A DNA stretch of 64,000 nucleotides, taken from contig NZ_JAPSIY010000008.1 of assembly GCF_031178445.1 (NCBI RefSeq), forward strand, positions 65,429 through 129,428, in the 5' to 3' direction. Position 1 is the stretch's first letter, and every line of letters begins with the position of its first letter. This document shows, piece by piece, positions 1 through 8,397 of this stretch. Made by a program: the position numbers and the translations under genes. Origin of the DNA: Microbacterium sp. Lineage in GTDB: Bacteria; Actinomycetota; Actinomycetes; Actinomycetales; Microbacteriaceae. Under the pieces are notes generated by a model that saw only the letters and a list, made by a program, of their open reading frames with translations, was not told where the DNA came from and made no database searches.

Positions 1-2
1 GG

Positions 3-443
3 CCCATCGCCGCGCACCCGCGTACCGTGGCGCTGATGTGGGGTGCGGAGGATCTCGTCGCCTCTCTCGGCGGCATGAGCAGCCGGTTCCCTGACGGCCG
101 CTATCGCGATGTGGCCAGGCACGCGCGATCCACTGTGCTCGTCGCGGCGGCCGCTCATGGCAGGGCGGCTGTGGACGCTGTGCATCTCGACATCGAGGAT
201 GCCGAGGGTCTCGCCCTAGAGGCAGCCGATGCGGCTGCGTCGGGTTTCCGCGCGACGGCGTGCATCCACCCGAAGCAGGTCGCCGTGATCCGCGACGCCT
301 ACCGACCGGACCCGGCCACCGTCGACTGGGCGCGGGCTGTGCTGGCCGCAGCCCAATCCGAACGCGGGGTCTTCCGATTCGAGGGACGGATGGTCGACGA
401 ACCGGTGCTCCGCCACGCCCGTGCAGTGCTCGCGCGATCCTGA
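3..443 (+). CDS. HpcH/HpaI aldolase / citrate lyase beta (CitE-like), 5' truncated by window edge
   Basis: WGAEDL, DAVHLDI, G(F)xATACIHPxQV and GRMVDEPV motifs typical of the CitE family C-terminal half. Confidence 0.85.
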   Translation, partial: PIAAHPRTVALMWGAEDLVASLGGMSSRFPDGRYRDVARHARSTVLVAAAAHGRAAVDAVHLDIEDAEGLALEAADAAASGFRATACIHPKQVAVIRDAYRPDPATVDWARAVLAAAQSERGVFRFEGRMVDEPVLRHARAVLARS

Positions 444-458
444 TCGGGCCTTCTGTCG

Positions 459-1097
459 TCAGGCCGGTTCCCTCGTCGCCGCCACGACGTCGGCGGCAGC
501 AGCCGTCACCACCTGGAGCGGCGTCTCGTCGAGCAGGCGCAGAGTCCCCCGTTCTGCGACGAAGCGGTGCACGGAACCGTTGCGCAGAACGTCGCCCTCA
601 CGGGGAAGGGTTCCTCCCGATACGTGCAGGAGCAGAGCGCGGATGACCCCGCCGTGACTGACCACCACCAGGGACTCGGCGCGGGGCGCGGACCGGCGCC
701 TCGACGCGCGGACGATGCGGTCGAGCGAGTCCAGCGCGCGATCGCGCACCTGGGCCAGGGTCTCCGCGCCGGGAACCTCCGCGTGCCAGTCGCCGTAGCG
801 CGCCAGATAGTCGGCGACGAGCATTCCTTCGCCTTCCCCGAACTCCCGCTCGCGCAGACCCCGCGTGATCGCGGGCGCCGCGAGGCCGAGCTGACCGGCG
901 ATGATCTGCGCCGTCTCCTGCGCGCGCACCAGCGGGCTCGCGTAGATCGCGTCGGGCTTCAGTGCGCTGAGAGCGGACGCGGCGGCGTGCGCGTCGGCGC
1001 GGCCCGTCTCGTTCAGCGGGATGTCGGTCGTCCCCTGGATGCGACGCTCCAGGTTCCAATCGGTCTGGCCATGGCGCACGAGGGTGAGGAGGGTCAC
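459..1097 (-). CDS. Histidine phosphatase family protein (phosphoglycerate mutase-like)
   Basis: LVRHGQTDWN N-terminal motif, SPLxRAxETA, VSHGGVIR. Confidence 0.9.
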   Translation of the reverse strand: MTLLTLVRHGQTDWNLERRIQGTTDIPLNETGRADAHAAASALSALKPDAIYASPLVRAQETAQIIAGQLGLAAPAITRGLREREFGEGEGMLVADYLARYGDWHAEVPGAETLAQVRDRALDSLDRIVRASRRRSAPRAESLVVVSHGGVIRALLLHVSGGTLPREGDVLRNGSVHRFVAERGTLRLLDETPLQVVTAAAADVVAATREPA

Positions 1098-1113
1098 CTC
1101 TCGACCCTAACCG

Positions 1114-1980
1114 TCAGGAACTGAGCAGTCGCTGCGCGATGCCTTCGAGCACGGGGCTCGTGCCGCCTGCGATGACGGCGTTCGCCCATGTGTCGGCGCG
1201 TGTGGGCTCGCGATTGACTATCACGATCGGGATCCCGCGACGGCGGGCGCGTTCGATCACGCGGATGCCGGAGTTCACCATGAGCGAGGTGCCTGCGACC
1301 AGCAGCGCGTCCGACGAGTGCAGCACCGATTCCGCCGCTCGGAAGCGCGCGGCCGGCACGAACTCGCCGAAGAAGACCACCTCGGGTTTCAGCATCCCGC
1401 CGCAGACCGTGCACGGAGGGATCACGAATCCCTCTGAACTCTCGGGCGTGACGTCCCCGTCGGGGTTGAGCTCGATGCGCTCGGGCCGCGTGACCCATGG
1501 GTTGAGACTCTCGAGGCGCTCGGCGACGGCACGCCGGTCGAACACCTGACCGCAGTCCAGGCACAGCACGCGGTGCATCGTGCCATGGATCTCGACGACG
1601 CGCGTGCTCCCGGCCCGCAGGTGCAGACCGTCGACGTTCTGGGTGACGACGCCGCTCACGAGGCCCGCGCGCTCCAGGCGGGCGAGAGCGATGTGACCCT
1701 GATTCGGGTCGGGCGAGGTGAAGGCACGCCAGCCCAGGTGTCCGCCGAGCCAGTATCGACGCCGAGCCGCCTCATCGGCGAGATATGTCTGAATGGTCAT
1801 CGGGTTCGCGCGGGTGCGTGCGCCCGCTCCGCGGTAGGCAGGGATGCCGGAGTCGGTCGAGATACCGGCTCCGGTGAGCACGGCCGTGCGTCGGCCGCGC
1901 AGCAGATCCGTCGCGTGGGTGATGGCCGCGCTCAGCTGCTCGAGCTCGGTCTCGTCGTCTGCACGGTCGGTGGCCTGCAC
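1114..1980 (-). CDS. Sir2-family NAD-dependent deacylase
   Basis: [29 protein letters not shown], CxxC...Cxx[14 protein letters not shown]; GTG start 7 nt downstream of TATCCT. Confidence 0.9.
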   Translation of the reverse strand: MQATDRADDETELEQLSAAITHATDLLRGRRTAVLTGAGISTDSGIPAYRGAGARTRANPMTIQTYLADEAARRRYWLGGHLGWRAFTSPDPNQGHIALARLERAGLVSGVVTQNVDGLHLRAGSTRVVEIHGTMHRVLCLDCGQVFDRRAVAERLESLNPWVTRPERIELNPDGDVTPESSEGFVIPPCTVCGGMLKPEVVFFGEFVPAARFRAAESVLHSSDALLVAGTSLMVNSGIRVIERARRRGIPIVIVNREPTRADTWANAVIAGGTSPVLEGIAQRLLSS

Positions 1981-2040
1981 GGTGATCAGGATATGCCCGT
2001 GCCGGGCGGCGCGGGCCGTCGCACCTGCGAGAGTGGACGC

Positions 2041-2844
2041 ATGAACCCTGTGCGCATCGCTGATCCCGCCGATCCCCGGCTCGACGATTACCGCTCCCTC
2101 ACCGATGTCGCGCTCCGCCGTGCGCGTGAGCCGCAGGGCGGGCTGTACATGGCCGAGTCGGCGAAGGTGATCGGCAGGGCCGTCGCAGCGGGTCACCGCC
2201 CGCGGTCCGTGCTGACGCAGGAGAAGTGGCTGCGCGCGGTGTCCGAAGCGCTCGGCGAGACCGACCCTCCCGTGTACGTCGTCGACGAGGCACTGGCGGA
2301 GCGGGTGACCGGGATCGCGATCCATCGCGGTCCGATGGCGGCGATGCATCGTCCGGCCGAGCCGTCGCTGGCCGAAGTCGTGCGCGACGCGCGGCTGGTG
2401 CTCGTGCTCGAGGACATCGTCGATCACACCAACGTCGGGGCCGCCTTCCGGGCCGCCGCAGGGCTGGGCGCCGACGCGGTGCTCGTGACCCCCCGCTGCG
2501 GCGACCCGCTCTATCGCCGCAGCGTACGCGTCAGCATGGGCACAGTGTTCCAGGTGCCGTGGACGCGGATCGGCGAGTGGTCCGCCGCCGCCGCCGAGCT
2601 GCATGCGCACGGCTTCGAGCTCGCCGCCCTGGCGCTGGATGACGGCGCGGTGGCTCTGGACGCGTACGCGGCCGGTCGTCCACCCCGGGTCGCGCTGATG
2701 ATGGGCACGGAAGGCGACGGCCTGTCCCGCGCCGCGCTAGACGCCGCCGACAGTGTCGTCACCATACCGATGGCGGGTGGAGTCGATTCCCTCAACGTGG
2801 CGTCCGCAGCCGCGGTCGCGCTCTGGGCGATGACCAGGGGCTGA
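2041..2844 (+). CDS. TrmH/SpoU family RNA methyltransferase
   Basis: LEDIVDHTNVGAAFR, GTEGDGL, IPMAGGVDSLNVASAAA. Confidence 0.9.
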   Translation: MNPVRIADPADPRLDDYRSLTDVALRRAREPQGGLYMAESAKVIGRAVAAGHRPRSVLTQEKWLRAVSEALGETDPPVYVVDEALAERVTGIAIHRGPMAAMHRPAEPSLAEVVRDARLVLVLEDIVDHTNVGAAFRAAAGLGADAVLVTPRCGDPLYRRSVRVSMGTVFQVPWTRIGEWSAAAAELHAHGFELAALALDDGAVALDAYAAGRPPRVALMMGTEGDGLSRAALDAADSVVTIPMAGGVDSLNVASAAAVALWAMTRG

Positions 2845-2854
2845 CGGGGCGAGG

Positions 2855-3685
2855 TCAAACCTCGATGTCGCGGATGCGCACCGGCCGGGGCTCAGGACGC
2901 TTCGCCTGCACGTTGTCGCCCGAGGACTGATGGCGGAGCCGGCGCAGCACCCATGGAACAAGATGCTCCCGCGCCCATCCGATGTCACCCGCCCTGGCTT
3001 CTCGCCAGTTGCGCACGGGAACGGGGTCGGGCTGCATCGCCTGCAGCTCGTTCGGCACGTTGAGGGCGCGCAGCACCATGCGTGCCACCTCGTGATGGCC
3101 GAGCGCGTTGTAGTGCAGGCGGTCGTCGTCGAAGAAGCGCGGATCCTGGACCACCTTCAGCGACCACTGATCGGCGACGATGCAATCGTGCCGCTCGGCG
3201 ATGGCGCGCACGTTCTCGTTGTAGATCGCGACCTTGCCCCTGAAGGGACGGAACACCGGCGTGAATCCCGTGTCGATACCTGTGAAGAGCACCACGGCCG
3301 CGCCGGTCGATGACAGTCGCGCGACGGCGTCCTCCAGCAGCGTTGCGATGTCGTCGGGGTCGGTGCCGGGTCGGATCACGTCGTTGCCGCCCGCGCAGAT
3401 GGAGATCAGGTCGGGGTTGAGGGCGACCGCCGGCTCGACCTGATCGCGTACGATCTGCGCGATCAGCTTGCCGCGCACGGCCAGATTGGCGTAGGCGAAG
3501 TCGTCGACGTCCTCCGCGAGCACCTCGGCCACGCGGTCGGCCCAGCCGCGGTGTCTGCCCGGCACGGCGGGGTCGGGATCGCCGATGCCCTCCGTGAACG
3601 AATCTCCGAGAGCGACGAAACGACGCCACGGATGCGGCCCCTCGTTCGGCACGTACGGCGTTCGGGACGTTTCCTGATCGACCAT
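2855..3685 (-). CDS. SGNH/GDSL hydrolase family protein
   Basis: FVALGDSFTEG, YANLAVRG, GGND, DRLHYN; RBS AAGGAG upstream of ATG. Confidence 0.9.
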   Translation of the reverse strand: MVDQETSRTPYVPNEGPHPWRRFVALGDSFTEGIGDPDPAVPGRHRGWADRVAEVLAEDVDDFAYANLAVRGKLIAQIVRDQVEPAVALNPDLISICAGGNDVIRPGTDPDDIATLLEDAVARLSSTGAAVVLFTGIDTGFTPVFRPFRGKVAIYNENVRAIAERHDCIVADQWSLKVVQDPRFFDDDRLHYNALGHHEVARMVLRALNVPNELQAMQPDPVPVRNWREARAGDIGWAREHLVPWVLRRLRHQSSGDNVQAKRPEPRPVRIRDIEV

Positions 3686-3697
3686 CGGGTTCTCCTT

Positions 3698-3722
3698 CGG
3701 CATCCGGCATCCGGCATCCGGC
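3698..3722. repeat. Tandem 7-mer (CGGCATC) x3.5
   Basis: cggcatc cggcatc cggcatc cggc read directly from sequence. Confidence 0.9.
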
Positions 3723-3788
3723 GCGCGAGGTGCTGCCTCGCGCGCCGGGTGAGAGCCTACCGGGATGGCTCCCCGGCGTGCAGGGCAG

Positions 3789-3810
3789 CGTCGGCGGGCT
3801 GGATTATCGT
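3789..3810 (+). promoter_or_regulatory. Candidate PafBC-activated promoter
   Basis: CGTCGG-N10-TATCGT versus mycobacterial consensus TGTCGG-N10-TA-N3-T (1 mismatch), 7 nt before helicase ATG. Confidence 0.5.
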
Positions 3811-3817
3811 TGATGCG

Positions 3818-5560
3818 ATGCTCTCTCCGTCCTTCCCTCAGCGCGCTCCGTGGGGTACCGCGAGCAAGCTCAGGGCATGGCAGCAGGAGGCGCTCGACGA
3901 GTACTTCGCCGCCGACAAGAGGGACTTCCTCGTGGCCGCGACCCCCGGTGCGGGGAAGACGACGTTCGCGCTGACGCTCGCCGTCGAGCTGCTCAAGGCC
4001 GGCGAGGTGAACCGGGTCATCGTGGTGGCGCCGACCGAGCATCTCAAGACGCAGTGGGCGGATGCGGCCGCCCGGGTGCACATCCGGCTGGATCCGCGCT
4101 TCCGCAACAGCCACTGGGCGCCTGCCCGGCACTATCACGGGGTGGTCGTCACCTACGCGCAGGTCGCCGCGAAGTCGAGCGTTCATCGTCATCTCACCGA
4201 GGACGCCAGAACCCTCGTGATCCTCGACGAGGTTCACCACGGCGGCGACGCACTGAGCTGGGGCGACGCGATCCGCGACGCCTACGCCCCGGCACAGCGG
4301 CGGCTGCTGCTGTCGGGAACGCCGTTCCGCAGTGACACGGCGCCGATCCCGTTCGTGGAGTACCTGCCCGACGAATCCGGTGGGCGCGTGTCGAGCACCG
4401 ACTACCGCTACGGGTACGGCCGTGCACTCGCCGACGGGGTCGTGCGGCCCGTGCTGTTCCACATGTACGCGGGGAAGATGCGGTGGCGCACCAGCGCCGG
4501 CGACGAGCTCGAAGCGCATCTTGGACAGGACAACACCAAGGACGTCACCTCCCAGGCCTGGCGGACCGCGCTGGATCCCGAGGGGGAGTGGATGCCGGCA
4601 GTGCTGTCGGCGGCCGACCGGCGTCTGAGCGAGATCCGCCAGCACGTGCCTGATGCCGGGGGGCTGGTGCTCGCCACCGACCAGACCGTGGCTCGCGCGT
4701 ACGCGAAGATCCTGCACAGCCTGACGGGTGAGCAGCCGACCGTCGTGCTGTCCGACGACGCGGCGGCCTCAGAGCGCATCGAGAAGTTCAGCGCGAACGA
4801 TCGCCGCTGGATGGTCGCCGTGCGCATGGTGTCGGAGGGCGTCGATGTCCCGCGGCTCGCCGTAGGCGTCTACGCGACGTCGTCTTCCACCCCGCTGTTC
4901 TTCGCGCAGGCGATCGGCCGCTTCGTGCGAGCTCGCCGGCGCGGCGAGGCCGCCAGCGTGTTCCTGCCGAACGTTCCCGTGCTGATGGGCCTCGCCAACG
5001 AGATGGAGCGTCAGCGCGACCATGCGCTCGACCGTCAGTCGAAGGACGACGATGGTCTCGACGACTCACTGCTCGAGAGCGCGAACCGGGAGGACGACGC
5101 CTCGGATGCGCTCACGCAGGAGTTCAGCTACCAGGCGATCTCCTCGCTCGCGCATTTCGACCGAGTGGTGTTCGAGGGTAAGGAGTTCGGGCAGCTGGCC
5201 GAACCGGGCACCCCCGAGGAGGAGGAGTTCATCGGCCTCCCCGGTCTGCTGGAGCCCGAGCACGTGCACGAGCTGCTGATGCAGCGTCAGGCGCGCCAGT
5301 CGCGGCTCCGCGAGGCGAGAGAGGCATCGACACCGCCGGAGGTGACGACCACGCTGCCCGCGCCGCTGCACCGGACCCTGCGCGAACAGCGACAGCTGCT
5401 CAACAGTCTCGTCGGCCTGTACGCGCGTCAGAGCGGCGAGCCCCACGGCGCCGTGCATGCGGAGCTGCGTCGTGTCTGCGGTGGCCCCGCCGTCGCGCAG
5501 GCGACGGTCACGCAACTGCAGTCGCGTATCGACGTGCTTCGCAAGCGCGTGCGCTCCTGA
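3818..5560 (+). CDS. Superfamily II DEAD/DEAH-box helicase
   Basis: ATPGAGKT Walker A, ILDEVHH, LSGTPFR, MVSEGVDVP, QAIGRFVR. Confidence 0.9.
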   Translation: MLSPSFPQRAPWGTASKLRAWQQEALDEYFAADKRDFLVAATPGAGKTTFALTLAVELLKAGEVNRVIVVAPTEHLKTQWADAAARVHIRLDPRFRNSHWAPARHYHGVVVTYAQVAAKSSVHRHLTEDARTLVILDEVHHGGDALSWGDAIRDAYAPAQRRLLLSGTPFRSDTAPIPFVEYLPDESGGRVSSTDYRYGYGRALADGVVRPVLFHMYAGKMRWRTSAGDELEAHLGQDNTKDVTSQAWRTALDPEGEWMPAVLSAADRRLSEIRQHVPDAGGLVLATDQTVARAYAKILHSLTGEQPTVVLSDDAAASERIEKFSANDRRWMVAVRMVSEGVDVPRLAVGVYATSSSTPLFFAQAIGRFVRARRRGEAASVFLPNVPVLMGLANEMERQRDHALDRQSKDDDGLDDSLLESANREDDASDALTQEFSYQAISSLAHFDRVVFEGKEFGQLAEPGTPEEEEFIGLPGLLEPEHVHELLMQRQARQSRLREAREASTPPEVTTTLPAPLHRTLREQRQLLNSLVGLYARQSGEPHGAVHAELRRVCGGPAVAQATVTQLQSRIDVLRKRVRS

Positions 5561-5574
5561 CGCACCTTCTCGCG

Positions 5575-5604
5575 CCGAACGGGCTGGTCCTGCGCACCGT
5601 TCGG
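5575..5604 (+). terminator. Possible hairpin after helicase
   Basis: CCGAACGG-N14-CCGTTCGG, 8-bp stem, no clear U-tract. Confidence 0.3.
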
Positions 5605-5696
5605 AAACCCGAAAACCTGTCAATCCCGGGCTGGATGCGATCGCGGCCGAGCGCGCTCGATAGCGTGAGTTGTCCCTACACGAGCTCGGAGGCTCC

Positions 5697-6791
5697 ATGA
5701 CCGCGCCCGAACAGTCCACCGCCGCCGACCGGAAGCGGTGGGCGAGGTACCTTGCCGAAGAACGAGCCGAAGGCGCCGTGTACTCGCGTCTCGCGGCCAG
5801 GCGCGACGGCGAGGAGCGGGAGATCCTGTTGTCGCTCGCCGAGGCCGAGAATCGCCATGAGCAGCACTGGCTCGACCTGCTCGGTGGTGAGCCCGCGCGG
5901 ACGCCGAGCGCGGGACTGCGCTCGCGCATGCTGGGCTGGATGGCTGGACGCTTCGGCTCGATCTTCGTGCTCGCACTCGCGCAGAGCGCCGAGGCGCGCT
6001 CACCCTATGACGCCGAGAAGTACGCCACTCCCGCGATGCGGGCCGACGAGAAGGTGCACCACGAGGTCGTCAGAGGTCTCGCCGCGCGTGGCCGGCGGCG
6101 ACTCTCGGGCTCGTTCCGGGCCGCGGTGTTCGGCGCGAACGACGGGCTCGTCTCCAACCTCGCCCTCGTGCTCGGCATCGGCGCCACCGGAGTCGCGCCG
6201 TCGTTCGTGCTGTTCAGCGGCGTCGCCGGGCTTCTCGCCGGGGCACTGTCGATGGGGGCAGGCGAGTTCGTCTCGGTGAGGTCCCAGCGCGAGCTGCTCA
6301 CTGCGACCGAGGCGAACAACGATGCCGATGCGACTGCGGCCGATCTCGACATCGATGCCAACGAGCTCGCCCTCGTCTACCGTGCACGTGGGGTGGGCGA
6401 GGCCGAGGCGCTTGCCAGAGCGGAGCGAGTGCTGACGGCGGCACACGCCGGAGTGCGGCGCACGGCGACGGGGCCGATCGGCACCCACGCCGGGCATTCA
6501 GATCATGACATCGTCGGGAGCGACTGGACCGCGGCGGTGTCGAGCTTCCTGCTGTTCGCGTCAGGCGCGATCGTGCCAGTGCTGCCGTGGATCTTCGGAT
6601 TGAGCGGTGCGACCGCGGTGATCGTCGCGCTCGTACTCGTCGGCGTCGCGCTGCTCACCACGGGTGCGATGGTCGGCATCCTGTCGGGCGGCCCGCCGCT
6701 GAAGCGTGCGCTGCGGCAACTCGCGATCGGTTTCGGTGCCGCTGCGATCACCTATGTGCTCGGACTGGTGTTCGGCGTGGGAGCGGTGTGA
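5697..6791 (+). CDS. VIT1/CCC1 transporter with N-terminal ferritin/rubrerythrin-like domain
   Basis: N-terminal E-rich helices with ExxH (EAENRHEQHW, EKVHH); RAAVFGANDGLVS, AGALSMGAGEFVSV, FASGAIVPVLPW; RBS GGAGG. Confidence 0.88.
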   Translation: MTAPEQSTAADRKRWARYLAEERAEGAVYSRLAARRDGEEREILLSLAEAENRHEQHWLDLLGGEPARTPSAGLRSRMLGWMAGRFGSIFVLALAQSAEARSPYDAEKYATPAMRADEKVHHEVVRGLAARGRRRLSGSFRAAVFGANDGLVSNLALVLGIGATGVAPSFVLFSGVAGLLAGALSMGAGEFVSVRSQRELLTATEANNDADATAADLDIDANELALVYRARGVGEAEALARAERVLTAAHAGVRRTATGPIGTHAGHSDHDIVGSDWTAAVSSFLLFASGAIVPVLPWIFGLSGATAVIVALVLVGVALLTTGAMVGILSGGPPLKRALRQLAIGFGAAAITYVLGLVFGVGAV

Positions 6792-6919
6792 TCCTTCTTC
6801 ACGCGCCGCGGCCCTGACATCTTCGTTACGGAGATCGCGCCGGCAGTCAACCCCCCTCCCGAGATCGGGCGTGATGCGCATGACTGGACTCTCCATCCCC
6901 GAACAGCGAGGAGTTCAGA

Positions 6920-7375
6920 ATGACTCGGATCATCGAGACCGTCGATGTGGATGTGCCCGTCACGGTGGCCTACAACCAGTGGACCCAGTTCGAGAGCTTT
7001 CCCCACTTCCTGGAGGAGGTCGTATCGATCACGCAGACCGACGAAACCCACACGCGCTGGGTGGTGAAGGTGGCGGGTGCGGAACGAGAGTTCGACGCCG
7101 AGATCACGGAGCAGCATCCCGATGAGAGGGTGGCGTGGAGAAGCATCGGGGGCGAGACGGCGCACGCGGGCGCTGTGACCTTCCACCGTCTCTCCGAGAA
7201 CGAGACGCGCGTGACCGTGCAGATCGACTGGGAACCCGAGGGCCTCGCCGAAAAGCTCGGCGCTGCGATGGGAGTCGCGTCGCACGCGGTGAAGAAGGAT
7301 CTCGAAAACTTCAAGGAGTTCATCGAGGGCCGCGGCTCGGCGACGGGTGCTTGGCGGGGTGACGTCGAGGCCTGA
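6920..7375 (+). CDS. SRPBCC family (cyclase/dehydrase) protein
   Basis: AYNQWTQFESFPHFL, EITEQHPDERVAW, DLENFKEFIE; RBS GAGGAG. Confidence 0.88.
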   Translation: MTRIIETVDVDVPVTVAYNQWTQFESFPHFLEEVVSITQTDETHTRWVVKVAGAEREFDAEITEQHPDERVAWRSIGGETAHAGAVTFHRLSENETRVTVQIDWEPEGLAEKLGAAMGVASHAVKKDLENFKEFIEGRGSATGAWRGDVEA

Positions 7376-8321
7376 CGGCGTCCCGGCCCCGCGGCTGTCC
7401 GTCGTCATCCCGGTACGCGATGATGCGATCCTGCTCGAGAGATGCCTGGAGGCGCTCAGCCGTCAGGCTCTTCCGCCCCACGAGGTGATCGTCGTCGACA
7501 ACGCCTCCTCCGACGAGTCGGCGGCGATCGCCAGGGCGGCGGGAGCCCGCGTGGTCGGCTGCGCGATGCCTGGGATCCCGGCAGCGAGTGCGGCGGGGTA
7601 CGACGCCGCCACGGGAGACCTGATCCTGCGGCTGGATGCCGACTGCATCCCCGCGCCGTCCTGGACCCGCGACGTCGACAGCGCCTTCCGCCGCGATCCC
7701 GAACTCGCCGCGGTCACGGGTGCGGCCACGTTCGTGGACGGGCCTCGAGCGCTGCGATCGGGTGGCGCACGACTCTATCTTGGTGCGTACCGGCTTCTCA
7801 CAGCGACGGCGCTCGGTCATAGGGCGTTGTTCGGGTCGAACATGGCGATGCGAGCGGACACGTGGAACCGTGCCAGGGATGGCGTGCACCGATGCGACCC
7901 CGAGATCCATGACGATCTCGACCTGTCGTTCCATGTCGGCGAACTAGGCCGTGTCGGTTGGCTGCGCTCGGAGCCGATGGGGATCTCGAGCCGTCCGATG
8001 TGGAGCGCAGCCGCGTTCGCACGACGGGTGCGCCGGGGGATGCGGACGGTCGTCCTGCACTGGCCGGAGGATTTTCCGCCCCGCCGATGGAGACGGCTGG
8101 CCCGACGGCGCAGACGTGATCGCGGGACGGCGCCCGCAACGCGGCCATCCGGCAATGGCCGAGGGCCCGGATCCATTCGGATCCGGGCCCTCGGCCTTGC
8201 TGTGCGCGAGGGGGGACTTGAACCCCCACGCCCTATTCGGGCACTAGCACCTCAAGCTAGCGCGTCTACCTATTCCGCCACCCGCGCAGGTGATGAACAG
8301 TCGTTGCCGACCGAAGAATGA
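7359..8321 (+). CDS. Glycosyltransferase family 2 (C-terminus probably read-through)
   Basis: SVVIPVRDD, IVVDNASSD, RLDADC, GSNMAMR, HDDLDLS; ORF continues antisense through tRNA-Leu; start uncertain. Confidence 0.8.
   Translation: MTSRPDGVPAPRLSVVIPVRDDAILLERCLEALSRQALPPHEVIVVDNASSDESAAIARAAGARVVGCAMPGIPAASAAGYDAATGDLILRLDADCIPAPSWTRDVDSAFRRDPELAAVTGAATFVDGPRALRSGGARLYLGAYRLLTATALGHRALFGSNMAMRADTWNRARDGVHRCDPEIHDDLDLSFHVGELGRVGWLRSEPMGISSRPMWSAAAFARRVRRGMRTVVLHWPEDFPPRRWRRLARRRRRDRGTAPATRPSGNGRGPGSIRIRALGLAVREGGLEPPRPIRALAPQASASTYSATRAGDEQSLPTEE
8157..8196. terminator. Perfect 18-bp hairpin, probable bidirectional terminator
   Basis: GGCCGAGGGCCCGGATCC-ATTC-GGATCCGGGCCCTCGGCC between convergent GT2 and tRNA. 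Confidence 0.8.
8203..8287 (-). tRNA. tRNA-Leu(GAG), CCA not encoded
   Basis: Acceptor GCGCGGG/CTCGCGC, anticodon stem CTAGC/GCTAG with loop TTGAGGT, long variable arm, T-loop TTCAAGT. Confidence 0.96.
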
Positions 8322-8397
8322 CTTTAGCACGGACGACAGGGCGGCACGAACCGGCACGACGCCCGGGCGTGGCAGGCAGCTTCGATAGCCTGGAGCA

